A stretch of 63,680 bases of DNA, filler included, from Collodictyon triciliatum (Eukaryota), in NCBI GenBank assembly GCA_043381765.1. It is 5 parts of 5 records of this genome, joined end to end, with 100 filler letters (N's around TTAATTAATTAA, not from the genome) between each part and the next. Parts side by side here need not be neighbours in the genome. Positions count along the whole stretch, not along the records: positions 19,728 to 25,250 come from JBHJMP010000282.1; positions 25,351 to 32,647 come from JBHJMP010000283.1; positions 32,748 to 54,898 come from JBHJMP010000284.1; 2 more parts are not named here. One strand, 5' to 3'. A model generated the notes under the pieces. The model saw only the letters and a list, made by a program, of their open reading frames with translations, made no database searches and was not told where the DNA came from. The position numbers and the translations under genes are program-made. This document shows positions 22,101 through 35,877 of this stretch, piece after piece; position 1 is the stretch's first letter; each line of letters starts with the position of its first letter.

Positions 22101-24958
22101 TATCTTATAAACCCCCAATAGTGGATTGTTGGGACGGTCAAGATGAACCAATCATTTATCATGGACACACTTTAACAAGCAAAATCACATTTGAAGAAGT
22201 TACTCGAACAATTAAAGAGCATGCTTTTAGGAAATCTCAGTAAGTGTACCACAACGTCAAGCATGTATTTCAAAATGATTGCTAGAGGGTCCTTTTTGAC
22301 ATAATTGAGACGGATACTATTTATCATTTGAAAAGGTGAAAAAACTTTTCAGATATCCCGTTATCTTATCACTTGAGAACCACTGCAATGCTGAAAATCA
22401 AGTGCGAATGTCAAGAATCCTTTCAACGATTTTCGGAGGTATGGATACCTTCTATATTTTATTGATCAATTTTGACAATATGTTCCACTTTTAATATAGA
22501 ATAACTAATATATAATTTTTTTTTACTTAAATGTATAAAAAAAAAATTAGACTCTTTGGTTGCTTTATCCCTTGATGAGATGGCTCAACTGCCGTCTCCA
22601 GAATCTCTCAAAGGAAAGATACTGTTGAAGGTAAAACGTCGATAGACTACCGTGCGAACAGTCCCATTTATGTTATTCTATGTTATTCTATGTTATTCTA
22701 TGTTATTCTATGTTATTCTATGTTATTCTATGTTATTCTATGTTATTCTATGTTATTCTATGTTATTTTATGTTATTCTATGTTATTCTATGTTATTCTA
22801 TGTTATTCTATGTTATTCTATGTTATTCTATGTTATTCGATGTTATTCTATGTTATTCTATGTTATTCTATGTTATTCTATGTTATTCTATGTTATTCTA
22901 TGTTATTCTATGTTATTCTATGTTATTCTATGTTATGTTATTAAAACAATCGAACGTCCTTTCTTATTAAAGAAATGTATACAAAAAGTATTGAAATAAT
23001 AAAATGCTTTGAAGGGAGGAAAGCTTCCTATTATCCCCCCAAAAAAACCCCTCGTACCGATGAAAATGGAGGCTGAGTCTAATTCGGAGGCACTAAGGGA
23101 AGATGACGATGATGAAAACGACGAAGATGATGATGAAGATGAAGAAGATGCCCAGGAACCTGGAAGCCTTAAAATAAGGGATAAAAATGCATCTCGCTCC
23201 CCTCAAAAGACAAAAGTGATTTACCTATTTTGGCTTATGTATATTCCATTCAAAAATATTATTAGCCCTGAGCGGTTCTCACGATTCCTAATTTCTGTAT
23301 ATACCCCGTAGAGATGTTTCCCCATGGGCTTCTTTTCTTCCCAACATACTTTTATGAACATATTTGTCTATTGTGTTCAATTGATTTCTATTATGTAGGT
23401 CGTTCATCAATTATCGATTATAACTTCGTTGAAAAATACAAAATTCAAAACTTTTTTTCATTCTTTCGGTAATACCATTGATTTTTTTCCTTTTTTTTTT
23501 CTCAAAAAAAAAAAACCCCCCCTGTATCCTATTTTAGTCCCATCAGTTTCCTCTTTTAATGGCTGTAATCCAGTTTTTTGTTGACAGAGAGAAGGGGTAA
23601 AAACATATGGTATATGTGTAGAATCACTCTATTTTACCCCTTAGAAAACGCCCAGGCGTACGAAATGTCATCTTTTGGGGAAAAAAGGGCAGAAAGATTG
23701 TGCAAAAACTCTGGTAAGCACTTTGTAATGTACAATAGGAAGCAGCTTTCCAGAATTTATCCTGGTGGGGCCAGAGTCAATTCGTCCAATTACATGCCGA
23801 ATCTTGCATGGTCTTGTGGCTGTCAAATCGTCGCACTAAATTTTCAAGTAATTATACTGGATTGTTATCTTTTGTATTTGCCCTCTGTTATTTGACGCAC
23901 AGAAAAACTGTGCATATTATCAACAAGTAATGAAAGAGTTCATAAAATGCACTAGCGTTCAATTGTTATCATTTTCGTCATTTTATGTACAGACACCTGA
24001 TTTCCCTATGCTCGTGAATCATGGAAAGTTTCTTGATAACGGAGGTACTGGTTACCTGCTAAAACCAGAGTACATGAACGAAGCCCAAATATACGACCCC
24101 GTTGATGGTATTCCCCCAGTGAGGCAGTACTATATTCAGGTCAGATTAGATTGTCTACGAAGGAAAAGTTTGCAAAACAACCTAACTAAGGTCACTGTTT
24201 TAATTTTCACCATTTATATAGATACTTACCGCCCGAAGGCTTCCGAAGCCTAATAGAAACACAAAGGGTGAAGTCATCGACCCATACGTGCTTTTGAAAG
24301 TTGTTGGTCACCCCCACGATGAATGGACTCATAAGACGCCTTTTATTGATATCCTTTTAAAACTCTAACAAATTTAAAGTGATTTGCATAATATCGACCA
24401 AGAAAGTGAATCGTGTGTGAAGAGGAGAAAATAGGGATAACCCCATTTTTTGCTGCGTCAGTTGGTATCCTTGATTAGCTATTACATGATAATGGGTTCA
24501 ATCCTGTCTGGAGAGAACGTGTCGGGTTTCAGGTATCCCGCCCTGAGCAAGCTGTTCTTGTGTTTCAGATTTATGACTATGACATCGGGTCTGAGGATGA
24601 TTTTATTGGCTACTACTCTCTGCCTTTGGCTTGTGTCAGACCAGGGTAGGTTGCCTCCCTTATAATTGCCTGTCACATAATATTTCATTGTGTGAATGCA
24701 CGCTTTTCGTATCAAGCATTCATAAATTCACCGAGTAAAGCCAAATAGATTGAACCCTTCATATACTCAAGCATAAGATAAATGGAATATGCTAAACCCA
24801 TCTCATAAGAAAATTTACTAAACCCCAAATGCCGCTCTTTTCTTTTTCTATCTTTTCCTTTTACGAAAAGTTACCGAGCCATACCGCTGCTGGATTCGAC
24901 GCACAAGGCCATTCCGTTCTGCCACTTGTTGTGTCACGTCCACATAGTCCCCATTTGA
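19188..24958 (+). CDS. PLC: Phosphoinositide phospholipase C, delta-like (PH, EF-hand, X, Y, C2); many exons, one U12 AT-AC intron
   Basis: X box [46 protein letters not shown] and [12 protein letters not shown] box [28 protein letters not shown]2 [12 protein letters not shown] and RPG|YRAIPL; TGA at 24956-24958. The two short 5' exons (from 19188) lie across a contig linker and are less certain. Confidence 0.95.
19628..19727. other. Artificial 100-nt contig linker N44-TTAATTAATTAA-N44 (also at 25251-25350, 32648-32747, 54899-54998)
   Basis: Identical 12-mer with stops in all six frames, centred in four equal-length N runs. Confidence 0.95.
22671..22935. repeat. Intronic 10-mer minisatellite (TGTTATTCTA)n, ~26 copies
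   Basis: Near-perfect tandem repeat inside a PLC intron. Confidence 0.97.
24349..24485 (+). other. U12-type (minor spliceosome) AT-AC intron in the PLC C2 domain
   Basis: 5' site ATATCCTTTT, branch TCCTTGAT about 11 nt from the 3' end, and a 3' AC. Removal restores [15 protein letters not shown]. Confidence 0.92.
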
Positions 24959-25169
24959 AAGACCCGGAAATACCACTCTTCACCACCCAAACAAACCCCG
25001 TCGCGGTATGGGATTCGAAGGCCGACTGGTGCAATAAACCCGCAACACCTGCCAGTTCGTCTTGCTGGAGTGGTTTGTATGAGGGAGTTTATGTCTGTTG
25101 CGTCCGAGTAGGTTTCCTCCGGCGTCTTTCAGGCAGCATTTCGTGACCCTTGACGAGGGAGAATACGAC

Positions 25170-25171
<2 letters not shown>

Positions 25172-25250
<79 letters not shown>

Positions 25251-25610
25251 NNNNNNNNNNNNNNNNNNNNNNNNNNNNNNNNNNNNNNNNNNNNTTAATT
25301 AATTAANNNNNNNNNNNNNNNNNNNNNNNNNNNNNNNNNNNNNNNNNNNNCAAACAAACAAACAAACAAACAAACAAACAAACAAACAAACAAACAAACA
25401 AACAAACAAACAAACAAACAAACAAACAAACAAACAAACAAACAACTTCCACACTCTCGTCGATCGGTTCACATAACTTATCCTATGAGTAGCTTGAAAG
25501 TCAGCCTTCTCTCGGCTTGAGTGAAACGTTGCGCCTCACCTCACCTCACCTCACCTCACCTCACCTCACCTCACCTCACCTCACCTCACCTCACCTCACC
25601 TCATCTCATC
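25172..25610. repeat. Microsatellite cluster (GT)n, (CAAA)n, (CTCAC)n flanking a contig linker
   Basis: Directly visible. Confidence 0.95.
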
Positions 25611-26109
25611 TCGTCTCTTCCCTCCTTGAACTTGCTACCAGAAGGCCATAGGGTTATTTTCTCCTGATTTTTTCTAATAAAAAAGGAAAACTATCTTGTA
25701 GCGCTACTCTGAGATTGACAGTCCTAAGGCATAGTAGCTCATTCTTTGTTCTTCTTCGGTCAAAGAAGTAGTATTTACATTTTAATATTCTGCCATATTT
25801 CCTCTTTCCTCTCCTTATATATCCTCCTTTCCTATTCCCTTTCCTATTCCCTTTCTCCTCCCTTTCTCCTCCCTTTCTCCTCTTTTCTCCTCTTTTCTTT
25901 TTTTCTTTTCTTTCTATTCCTTTCTCTTCTCTCTTTCTCTCTTTTCTTTTCTTTTCTTTTCTTTTCCCCTTTTCTTTTTCTTTTCTCCTCTCTTTCTCTT
26001 TTCTGTCCTCTAATTCCCTTTTTTCTTTCCCTTTTTTTTTCTTTTTCTTTTCTTTTGCATCATCTTTTTCTTTTCTTCCTCAAATTTACGAATATTTCTC
26101 GATTAGTAG

Positions 26110-28315
26110 ATGGATCCACCTCGGTGTGAGTCAGCGGAGGCGCAAGAGAAGACTGCACATAACAGCAACACAGCCGATCTAATAATCTCCTCAGGTCTGG
26201 GGGAAATCGATACGGTGGACCTCAGCAAACCAGAAGAATCACAAAGCACTATTGCTGAGGTTGGCACAATCGAAGTAGCTGTTGCAGACGATATGGACGA
26301 GTCGCAATCCCCACCCCACGGAACGCCAAGCCAGGAATCGGTGGCAGAGGCCAAACAAAATTCGCCAAACCCCGAGCGTCCTTTGAATTCAAATCAGGAC
26401 CTTCAACGCACTGCTGGGACTGAGCCCCACAAATCAGAGCTGTTTGATGTCCACCAACCACACGTAGACTCCAGACAACACCAAGGGCACGAGCTAGCGT
26501 CTTCTGACCAGAAAGAATCCATGACTGATTTAGCAGAAGAGGCTCACCTTGGCTCGATACAAAGCAGGGATTTAGGCAAGCTTGGATCTGCAGAGTTCTC
26601 GGATGAAAGAGGTACCGTGGACGACAATGTCATGGTACTAATACAAACTCATGAGCAAATGCAGCAAGAAACCCATGAACAAATTCAAGAACAAATTCAA
26701 GAACAAGAAACCCATGAACAAATTCAAGAACAAGAAACCCATGAACAAATTCAAGAACAAATTCAAGAACAAATTCAAGAACAAGATCAAGATCAAGATC
26801 AAGATCAAGATCAAGATCAAGAACAAGAACAAGAACAAGAACAAGAAGAACAAGAACAAGAACAAATTCAAGAACAAATTCAAGAACAAATTCAAGAACA
26901 AATTCAAGAACAAGAACAAGAACAAGAAGAAGAAGAAATTCAAGACCAAAACCAAGACCAAGACCAAGACCAACAGGTAGACCAAGATCAAGAGCAAGGA
27001 CAAGATGATGAACACGACTTAGAGCAAGGACAAGAGGATGAACATGAGCAGGTCAACTTGATTGACAGTCGGCACACGCCACCTTCTCAAAGTAGCTCAC
27101 CTGAAAACCAAAAAACTGTACCACTTGAATCTTCTCTATCTTTTTTGACTCATCCAAGCAAGGAATCGCCAGCCCTAACCTTTACCACAAATATAATAAC
27201 CGACCATCCCAACGGTTCACCGCACCATACGCCCGGACAAAGTACTGATCCTATCTTGTCGAAGCAGTCAAATACGGGCAACCCACAGCGCATTTACCAG
27301 TCTCAATTCCACACTCAAAATACCATACCATCGACACAGCGCCAAAGAGGACCGAAACCTAAGGCGAGATCAAAAGGAGCAAAAGATAAATCTGGACCAC
27401 CTGTAATTTCCTCTGTGCATAGTCTCAAGATCAATCCACAATACGGCGTCCTTGGACTCGATCCATGCGAAGCCATTCAGTTATCATCTGCACCAAAGTT
27501 TCTTTCTCAACAAATTACATCATCTGCACCTGACTCTAACAAAGTAAAAGCAGAAGTTGTTCCCAGCGGTCCTGGCGAGACAACCTTGCGTGATGCCATC
27601 GCTCTGCTCGGTGCTCCTACTTCAAAAATTAATCAAATCAATGTGGCTGCTTTGCACCAAAACAGAATCCTTGTATCAGGTGATGCAGCGGCGCTGCTAT
27701 TACAACAGCGCCGTTCCAGCATAGAGTCTAATATATCTTCGAATCTGGCGGGCCAGGCTATACCTTCACAATACTTTTCAAATTCAAAACCATCAAATAT
27801 GTCGACCTCAAATACCCAATCCAAAAGCGGATTCATATCATCTTTTACATCATCCATATCCACATCCACATCAGGGGCAGGGATTACTTTGGATTCGATG
27901 GATATTCAACCCGACTCTCCCAAAAACGGGACTACAAAATCCCCCGTGATAAAGTTAGAGAACACATGTCAACCTCATTCTGCGCAACAAAATCAAAATA
28001 ATATGACATTAACTACACAATCGAACACAACCGACATTGTCCCATTATCTATATCAACTTCTCAAAGCCCCCATAATAGACCTCAGGCTAACAGTAAAAT
28101 GACCCATCAGATACAACAGGCCTTACAAATGCCTCATAATACGATACACACTAGCCAGTTCCGCCCACCGCAATACCAGATACATTATTCATACCCATAT
28201 CATCACCACCAGCTACAGCTACAGCATCATCAGCAACAGCAGCAACAGCAGCAACAGCAGCAACAACAGCAACAACAGCAACAACAACAGCAACAACAAC
28301 AGCAACAACAACAGC

Positions 28316-28379
<64 letters not shown>

Positions 28380-28507
28380 GCAACAACAACAGCAACAACA
28401 ACAGCAACAACAACAACAACAGCAACAACAACAACAACAGCAACAACAACAACAACAGCAACAACAACAACAACAACAACAGCAACAACAACAACAACAA
28501 CAACAGC

Positions 28508-28556
<49 letters not shown>

Positions 28557-28833
28557 GCAACAACAACAACAACAGCAACAACAACAACAACAGCAACAAC
28601 AACAACAGCAACAACAACAACAGCAACAACAACAACAGCAACAACAACAACAACAACAACAGCAACAACAGCAACAACAACAACAGCAACAACAGCAACA
28701 ACAACAACAGCAACAACAGCAACATCAACAGCAACATCAACAGCAACATCAACAGCAACATCAACAGCAACATCAACAGCAACATCAACATCAACATCAA
28801 CATCAACAGCAACATCAACAGCAACATCAACAT

Positions 28834-28898
<65 letters not shown>

Positions 28899-30653
28899 TC
28901 AACAACAACAACAACATCATCATCATCAACAGCAACAACAACAGCAACAACAGCAGCCTGCAATCATGAAGCACGTTCCACAAACATCTACAAGACCAGC
29001 TGTTCCCACGTTTGGGTTAGCTTCATCTACTCCACTTGGTGGAATGACAATACCTGAGCAACTAAACGACTTGCAAGTTACCTTTCATCAGATTCTGGGT
29101 ATTTGCACAAATATCCAGAATTTTGTCAAGTCTGGACTGACTCAACTGGATGAGATATGTAAGAAACACAACCAGCTAGATTCCAAAAATACTGCAGATC
29201 AGGATGAATCAGACCATACTCCCAATATCTATTCAAATGCAAATCAATCCCTCCAACATCATACAAGTTCATCTAATACAGCTGCATCGACAGACTCACC
29301 ATCCAGCACTGTAAATCAATCAATAAAACCCAAGCAAATGCCTACTGGAATCAAAACCGAAGGAGGCCAATACGATGGTATGCCGAAGCCAAACACACCA
29401 ATCCCAGCTCCCAGTAGTTCAGCGGCTATGGCGTTGGGCTTGTCGAAACAAGGAAATTCAACGCAAAAGCAAAGCCAAACACGCTCTGAGAGCGGATTGA
29501 TCCCAGTCTCCATCCGGGAATCTACAGCGGCTGGAGAGGCGATTGATTCTGCCAACACAATGCAATCGAGATTTCCATTTAAAGGAGAGGTGGTTGCTAA
29601 CACAGGCAGTAAGCGTGGAGTCGGGAAGAAAAAAGCAGCTGCGGGCCCACCACCTCCGTTGCAATCGTTCGGACCAGCATCACAATCAGCTCCAAGACAA
29701 AGTCCTTCAACCAATCAGCAGCAACAACAAAACACAGGGTCTACTAGGCCCTCTAACCCGAGCCCTTCCACTCAACAATCATCTCCCCAAATCGCAACCA
29801 TGCAGGCAGATATACTTGCCGTGACAAACGCGCAGCATTTCGCGAACATGCAAAGGGCCAGCGGTGATGAAAAACAAGGTACTTTTGACCCAGCCCAGTT
29901 TCTCAACTTTTCTGACACGAAGGCTAATGACCAACAGAGTGGGAATCCATCACAAGCGCAGAGTTTGGGGAATGCAGGGGTGCAGGGTGTGGGCAGTGAT
30001 GAGAAGAAACAGGGCACACATACACCACAACAAACCAGCATGAACCTAAATCTTGCCATGAACTCGACTGCAGCTATGGCCATGGCTGTTTCCGGTCATC
30101 CAGGACAGCAGATGGTAAATCTTGGAGCACAGCCGATTGGCCTGAACCACGCTCTTCCAGGGTCTCAGGCCTCAATCATGGTCACACCCAACCGCTATTC
30201 CTATGGCCAGAGAATACCGCCGCGTCACGTCCTTGCGCCACAACAAGGCAACCAAGCATCCTTTCCACTGATTACTCAGGCTTATGCGTTAAACGCACTG
30301 GGGATGCCCTTTTCTCATGCGGGCGCTGTTGTGAGAATGCCACCAGTGGCGCACGTAGGGCAGGGAAATCTGGGCTCGTTTACCATGAACATGCAGGGCA
30401 TGCACCCTAACGCGCCACAGAATGTAGCACAGGGGAACGCTAGCGCTAATGGTAAAAAAGAAAAAGAAAAAGAAAAAGAAAAAGAAAAAGAAAAAGAAAA
30501 AGAAAAAGAAAAAGAAAAAGAAAAAGAAAAAGAAAAAGAAAAAGAAAAAGAAANNNNNNNNNNNNNNNNNNNNNNNNNNNNNNNNNNNNNNNNNNNNNNN
30601 NNNNNNNNNNNNNNNNNNNNNNNNNNNNNNNNNNNNNNNNNNNNNNNNNNNNN

Positions 30654-30749
<96 letters not shown>

Positions 30750-33700
30750 GATGAATGCAGATGCCCAGTTCGAACCGCAGACACCAACAACACAAGATGA
30801 TGGGTCTCGCAAATTTGTTAACCGAGCAGGGGAATTACCTCCGGCACCACCACATGGACATCAAAGCCACACACTTATCCAAAAGCCAAAGCCCCCACCA
30901 CTTCAGAAGTCCACCACGGTATCTGCAAATACTGTTCCGTCAACCCAAACCCCACGATTGCGAGGCAGTCAGGGGTCAAGTGGGAAAGACGCAGATGCAC
31001 CTGACGAATCAGACCAAGCCGACCAAGAAAAAGAGGGCAAGTTGAAGAGCACTCCTTTTCCTGTAACGCTTACTCAAAACCAAGGCAGTGCCCCCAGTGT
31101 AAATTCAAATGCTAACCAAACTCAAGCCCAGCGCCAGCGCTCATCTGAATCCCAAAGTGCAGCTGACTCTCAAGGATTAGGAGAGCAAGTACGCATATTA
31201 AATCAGGGCAACATGTTAGCAGGTGGATGGAGCGTCGTTGTAGATAGCCAGAGAGCGCAGCAAAACAGCCTTGGAGACCGCACAACAGATGAGAGTCCAT
31301 CAAGGTCACTCTATCAAAGTGGGCACCACCTTTACTATATCACTGGAAAAGACAAGCCACAGCAATTACAACAACAACAGCAGCAACCTTTTGTGTATAT
31401 ACAACACCCCAATTTTCGTGGAGAGGATATAAATCCAAATGCTGCGCATTCATCTATGCGCTCAGTCTCTATTGCAGGAAATCTTGTCCACACAGCTTCA
31501 CTGGCGACGCAGGAAACCAGCGAGAGTAACGGGTCTGGAGAAGATGGCCCAAAGACGACAAATGCATCCACTAATATCCAGTCGCCTCCACCACCACAAT
31601 CGGCATTATCGTACCCCCACAACTCTTCTTTGTCATCTTCTATAGGACAGGGCGTCAAACAAGTTGGATCCACTGGCCCAGGGTTATCAGCATCATCATC
31701 GGCGACATCAGCGACATCGCCAGCCTCTGGAGGAGTAGGGACTGTGATTGCCATGAGTCCGGCCTACTTCCAGCAGATAGCCAAGCAGCAATCGACCAGT
31801 CAACCAGGAAGGATTGTACAGATGCCTTCGGGCACAGATAATCTGCACAGTGAGGGAGCACTTTCTCAAGCACGAGTCAACTCTTACCAAGGAATGCCGC
31901 CACCACAGATACATTCAAGCGATTTAGCCTTTCCATACGGCCAACTGGATTATACACAACCATTTGCATATGTCTATCCTCTCAGCAGTAGTGCCAGTGT
32001 CGGGCAGGACGCAGCAGTCTACATCAGCCAAAACAGCCAACAGACAGCTGGGAACGCAAGTAATAGCGCAGTGCGGCCAAGTATGCGCAATTCTACACTA
32101 TATCTATTGTATAATGTTGCTTGTCTGGACTCGAGTTTCCCCTCATAATCACGCCCGCATAGGTAAAGCGCAAAGCCCGCGAGAAAGTGGAATGCTGGGA
32201 TTGACAGTGGCAACCACTCCATCCGACAAAGCCGAGTATTCGCCGCATATGCAGACCAAGCAGAATGCATCGACAGACGTGAAGGCTTTTCAAACTGGGG
32301 TGGATACAGCTTCTCTGCATTCGAGGCAATCAGATCCGTATTTGTCCAGTTCTACTGCGGATGAATTGCAGCAGCAAGAAAGAACAGAGGGATTCTCTGC
32401 ACAACTTTACATCGACCCAATACTGCTCGGTTTGTTCTTAACCCTATTTCCCTCTCCATATATATACATTTGTTTACTCAAAATGATATATTCAACATAT
32501 TGGCACATTTTAATAATTTCTATCTGCTGCTAAAACAAGAAAAAACAAAAAAAATAATAAAAAATAATAAAAAATAATAAAAAATAATAAAAAATAATAA
32601 AAAATAATAAAAAATAATAAAAAATAATAAAAAATAATAAAAAATAANNNNNNNNNNNNNNNNNNNNNNNNNNNNNNNNNNNNNNNNNNNNTTAATTAAT
32701 TAANNNNNNNNNNNNNNNNNNNNNNNNNNNNNNNNNNNNNNNNNNNNCTTTTTATCTTTTTATCTTTTTATCTTTTTATCTTTTTATCTTTTTATCTTTT
32801 TATCTTTTTATCTTTTTATCTTTTTATCTTTTTATCTTTTTATCTAAAATGAACCTCACAATTGCATTATGAATATTTACGTTGTAAAACTGAAAATAAA
32901 TTTTCTTCATCGCAACAAGAATGCGACACAGACGCGAAAGCCCCGTGCTTCGACGTCAGTTTCTGAACAAACAGGAGCAATATACAGTATTTTTTTGTTT
33001 AATTTATATTTGAGGAAAAGAAAGAAAGGATAATACTTTGAAAGAACACTCATGATGAGACCTGGCTTAACAACTTCTGCTCATTCATAATACAAGCAAA
33101 TGATTTCTTCGTCGTTAAGTATAGCGGGTCTTTGAAATATAGGTCAAAACATGAATGCCAACTTTGCAAATGAGATTATAATCATTCACGACGGAGGGAA
33201 GAAGAGATATGAGCAGTCCATGATTGAGCAAGTTCGATCGAAGGTCCAAGTATTATTCAACACTAGCCAGCCAACCTGCCACACAGCAACAGGTATTCTG
33301 ATGGGAACATTGACCACAACATATAGTTCCATTCTATTGCTATTATCACATATCAGTCCCTCTGAAACCCATTTCATGAATTAGTTATCACTTCCCTCCC
33401 TCTTGTTTTGGCTATTGAGGTTGGCCAAATTGTGGCAATCTACAATCATGAATTGGTGAGTGTGGAATAAGGACATGTGAAAAGATTCACCAGCAAGTTT
33501 ATTTCCTAGTACTTTGTAAAGAGGATAGTTTTTTTTTTTTTGTGATGAATCTGTATTCCATTTGGAATACATTTTCCACATTTTATTTTTTCACCTTTGT
33601 TTATTGCTTAAATCATCCATACAAATATGTTTGAACAGCACACTTCTCAAATGGAGCTACTTCTTGGAGAAAAGGATGTAAAATGGAAGAAGCAAATGAT

Positions 33701-33818
33701 GGCCCTATATGCAAGGCTTGCTGACAAGAGTCTAAAGGCCACCCATGTGGTGATATACTCATCGAAGGACGGAACATTTGCTATGATTCCCCATCATTCA
33801 GCCAGAGCCCCAAAGTGA
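26110..33818 (+). CDS. Very large low-complexity/disordered protein with Q/E repeats and a 164-residue polyQ tract; probable introns 30452-30760 and 32081-32162; 3' exons beyond a contig linker uncertain
   Basis: Continuous ORF of >1400 codons. The KE/poly-L stretch in the ORF track is a GT..AG intron of microsatellites. Downstream exons (~32920, ~33143, ~33640-33818) splice to each other in frame, but their link to the main ORF crosses a gap. Confidence 0.7.
28231..28956 (+). repeat. Coding CAA/CAG/CAT trinucleotide repeat (polyQ/QH)
   Basis: Uninterrupted Gln codons 28231-28722, then a Q/H mix. Confidence 0.97.
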
Positions 33819-34431
33819 ACCAGACAGCAAATAGGGAGAGAGGAGAGAGAGGAGAGAGAGAGAGAGGAAACAGAATGACGATGGAAATCTTACAAAAGGG
33901 AAAGGGAAAAGGATTCCTGCAAATGCAGACGGACTTTGGTCTCAAAATTCAATTTATTACTGATTAAACACACCACCCCATACAAACTCGAGAACTAATC
34001 GAAAATGACACCTTGTGGTGGATATCGCGCATAGATTGTAGAAAAAAGAAGGAATGAAAGGAAGGAATGAAAGCGACAGAATAGGGGACAATAAAAGGGG
34101 AGAATTCATACATAAATAAAAAGATATTACCAATCAATCAATCAATCAATCAATGGGTTTCATGGCGATGAAACTTTTCACTCTTTTCTGCGAATGGCAA
34201 CAAGGAAAATTTATCTTGTAGATGACAAGTGTCTACACATTCTGAGCACCCACCCCGCTTCCAAACGGGCTGTGGATATGAAAGAGATACGAATTGGAGA
34301 GACAGCAGAGCGGGAGTCAAGCAGATTCTTTATTGAGTAGGCAAACAGGGAGCGCAGAGCCTCTCACAGCCAGGAGAAGGAAGAACGCCTGTGGCAGGAA
34401 GAGAATAGTAGGCCGAGCTTCCAGGGACGCA

Positions 34432-35201
34432 TTAAGCCATGCTCATGGTGGACGGGATGACGCCGTTCTTTTGCAGCTCGACCTCGTGCTGAGTGTTCAT
34501 ACAGCCCATGACCGAAAAGAAGAGACAGTCCACCAGATTCTCAAGACAGGTGGGCGGCTCCTCTCCACAGATGCGCATGACGCAGAACATACAATTGCAG
34601 ACGCACAGTGTGCAGAAGATGCATTCCTCACAGGGAGTCACCTGGGAACTTGGCGTTAGTCTGCGATCGTGTGCTTGCGCATGGCATGGGGAAAAGAGAA
34701 TGGCTTTTCGCAAAAGGTAAAGAGAACGGCTTAAGGAAAGAGATAATAGATGGAGAGGGGAGAGAACTTGCCTGAAGTTTGTAGCGATCGCGGATCATGT
34801 CACGGTTGACCATTACGGCCGTTCCTGTGCAGCAGCAGGATTCGCAAGCCAGACAGAAACGAGGGCACGGGCGGACACAAGGGCTCAGGCACTGAGTGCA
34901 GCACAACTGGCCGTTGCAGCACTCGTAGTTGGACGGATCGCCGATCAGCTTCAGACGGTGGTCGTAGACAGGGACGCACGGACAGAAGCAGAAGAAACAG
35001 CCTAATTTTACGCTTTATATATTATTCTTTTCCTTTGACTTTTTGTTTTTTTTTTTTTTTTGTTTTTTTTTTCGTTTTTTATTGTTATCAAAGCGAAGAG
35101 AAGACGGGCTTACAGGTGAGTGGGCGATGGCAGCAGGCAGACAGAAGCGGGATTTCCCACTCCTGGACAAACTCGGGGTTATCTGGCTTCTTGCGGCCCA
35201 T
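34432..35201 (-). CDS. PLAC8-family cysteine-rich membrane protein; exons 35201-35114, ~35001-34772, 34641-34432
   Basis: MGRKKPDNPEFVQEWEIPLLSACC..CCFFCFCPC...CLACESCCC...NRDMIRDRYKLQ|VTPCEEC...CMNTQHEVEL. The W...L..CC, CPC, R..IR.RY.L and C...Q...EL motifs are typical of PLAC8. The second intron is GC-AG. Confidence 0.8.
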
Positions 35202-35877
35202 CTTTAGTCTTACGCGAGTGTTTCTGTGGTTATTTGGAGCGGTGTTTTAAGGCAATCGGGCGGTTCACTAAAGTGTGTGGCTTCCAGTGTGTGGGACTGG
35301 CGCTAAGTTGTTTTACATTTATGCTCTTGACCCGCCGATAGCGAGTTGTGTGTGTTGTGTGTTTGGGTGTGTGTTGGTGTGACTTTGTCCTCGTGTGTGT
35401 TTGGCCAGAGAAGAGTGTTTCGATCGCTTTGTGACATTTGGTTCAGGCTGTTATTAATGCCATTTTTGTTTTGGTTCTTGGTATTTGATTCATTCCATCA
35501 GTGATCCGGGCGTATTGGCCGGGCGTGGTGATGCGGCCTTCTTTGGGACTCTGGCCGGGTTTTGGTGGCTGATGGAAAAGCTCGTCTGATATTGAGTCTG
35601 TATCATAGGAGAAAATAATGCTGTTTGGATTTATTCCATCACACGCGGGATTCGCGCCACGGACTGGTACTTTGTTGTTGTGGGTTTCGGCTGCGTGTGT
35701 CGCGTCGACATTAAAGTGACGTTTTGGAGACATACAATTATGGTATGGGAACAGGTGGGAAAATCTGGAAAATAGGTTCAAGGGGGGAAAAAGTCTTTTT
35801 TTTGGTTTTGGCTGCAGAATCGCTCGCTTCAACCCGATATCTTTATAACTTAAGATGAAAAAAATAAATTCTTGATT

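Noticed and set aside
22652-22999. Repeat-protein ORFs ([10 protein letters not shown])n or a CRISPR-like array
   Set aside because: Spacerless 10-bp minisatellite inside a PLC intron.
28151-28983. Antisense poly-Val and poly-Leu ORFs
   Set aside because: Shadow frames of the polyQ repeat.
30452-30760. KE-repeat/poly-Leu segment of the 2012-aa ORF
   Set aside because: It is a GT..AG intron made of (GAAAAA)n and (TTA)n with an N gap; the read-through is coincidental.
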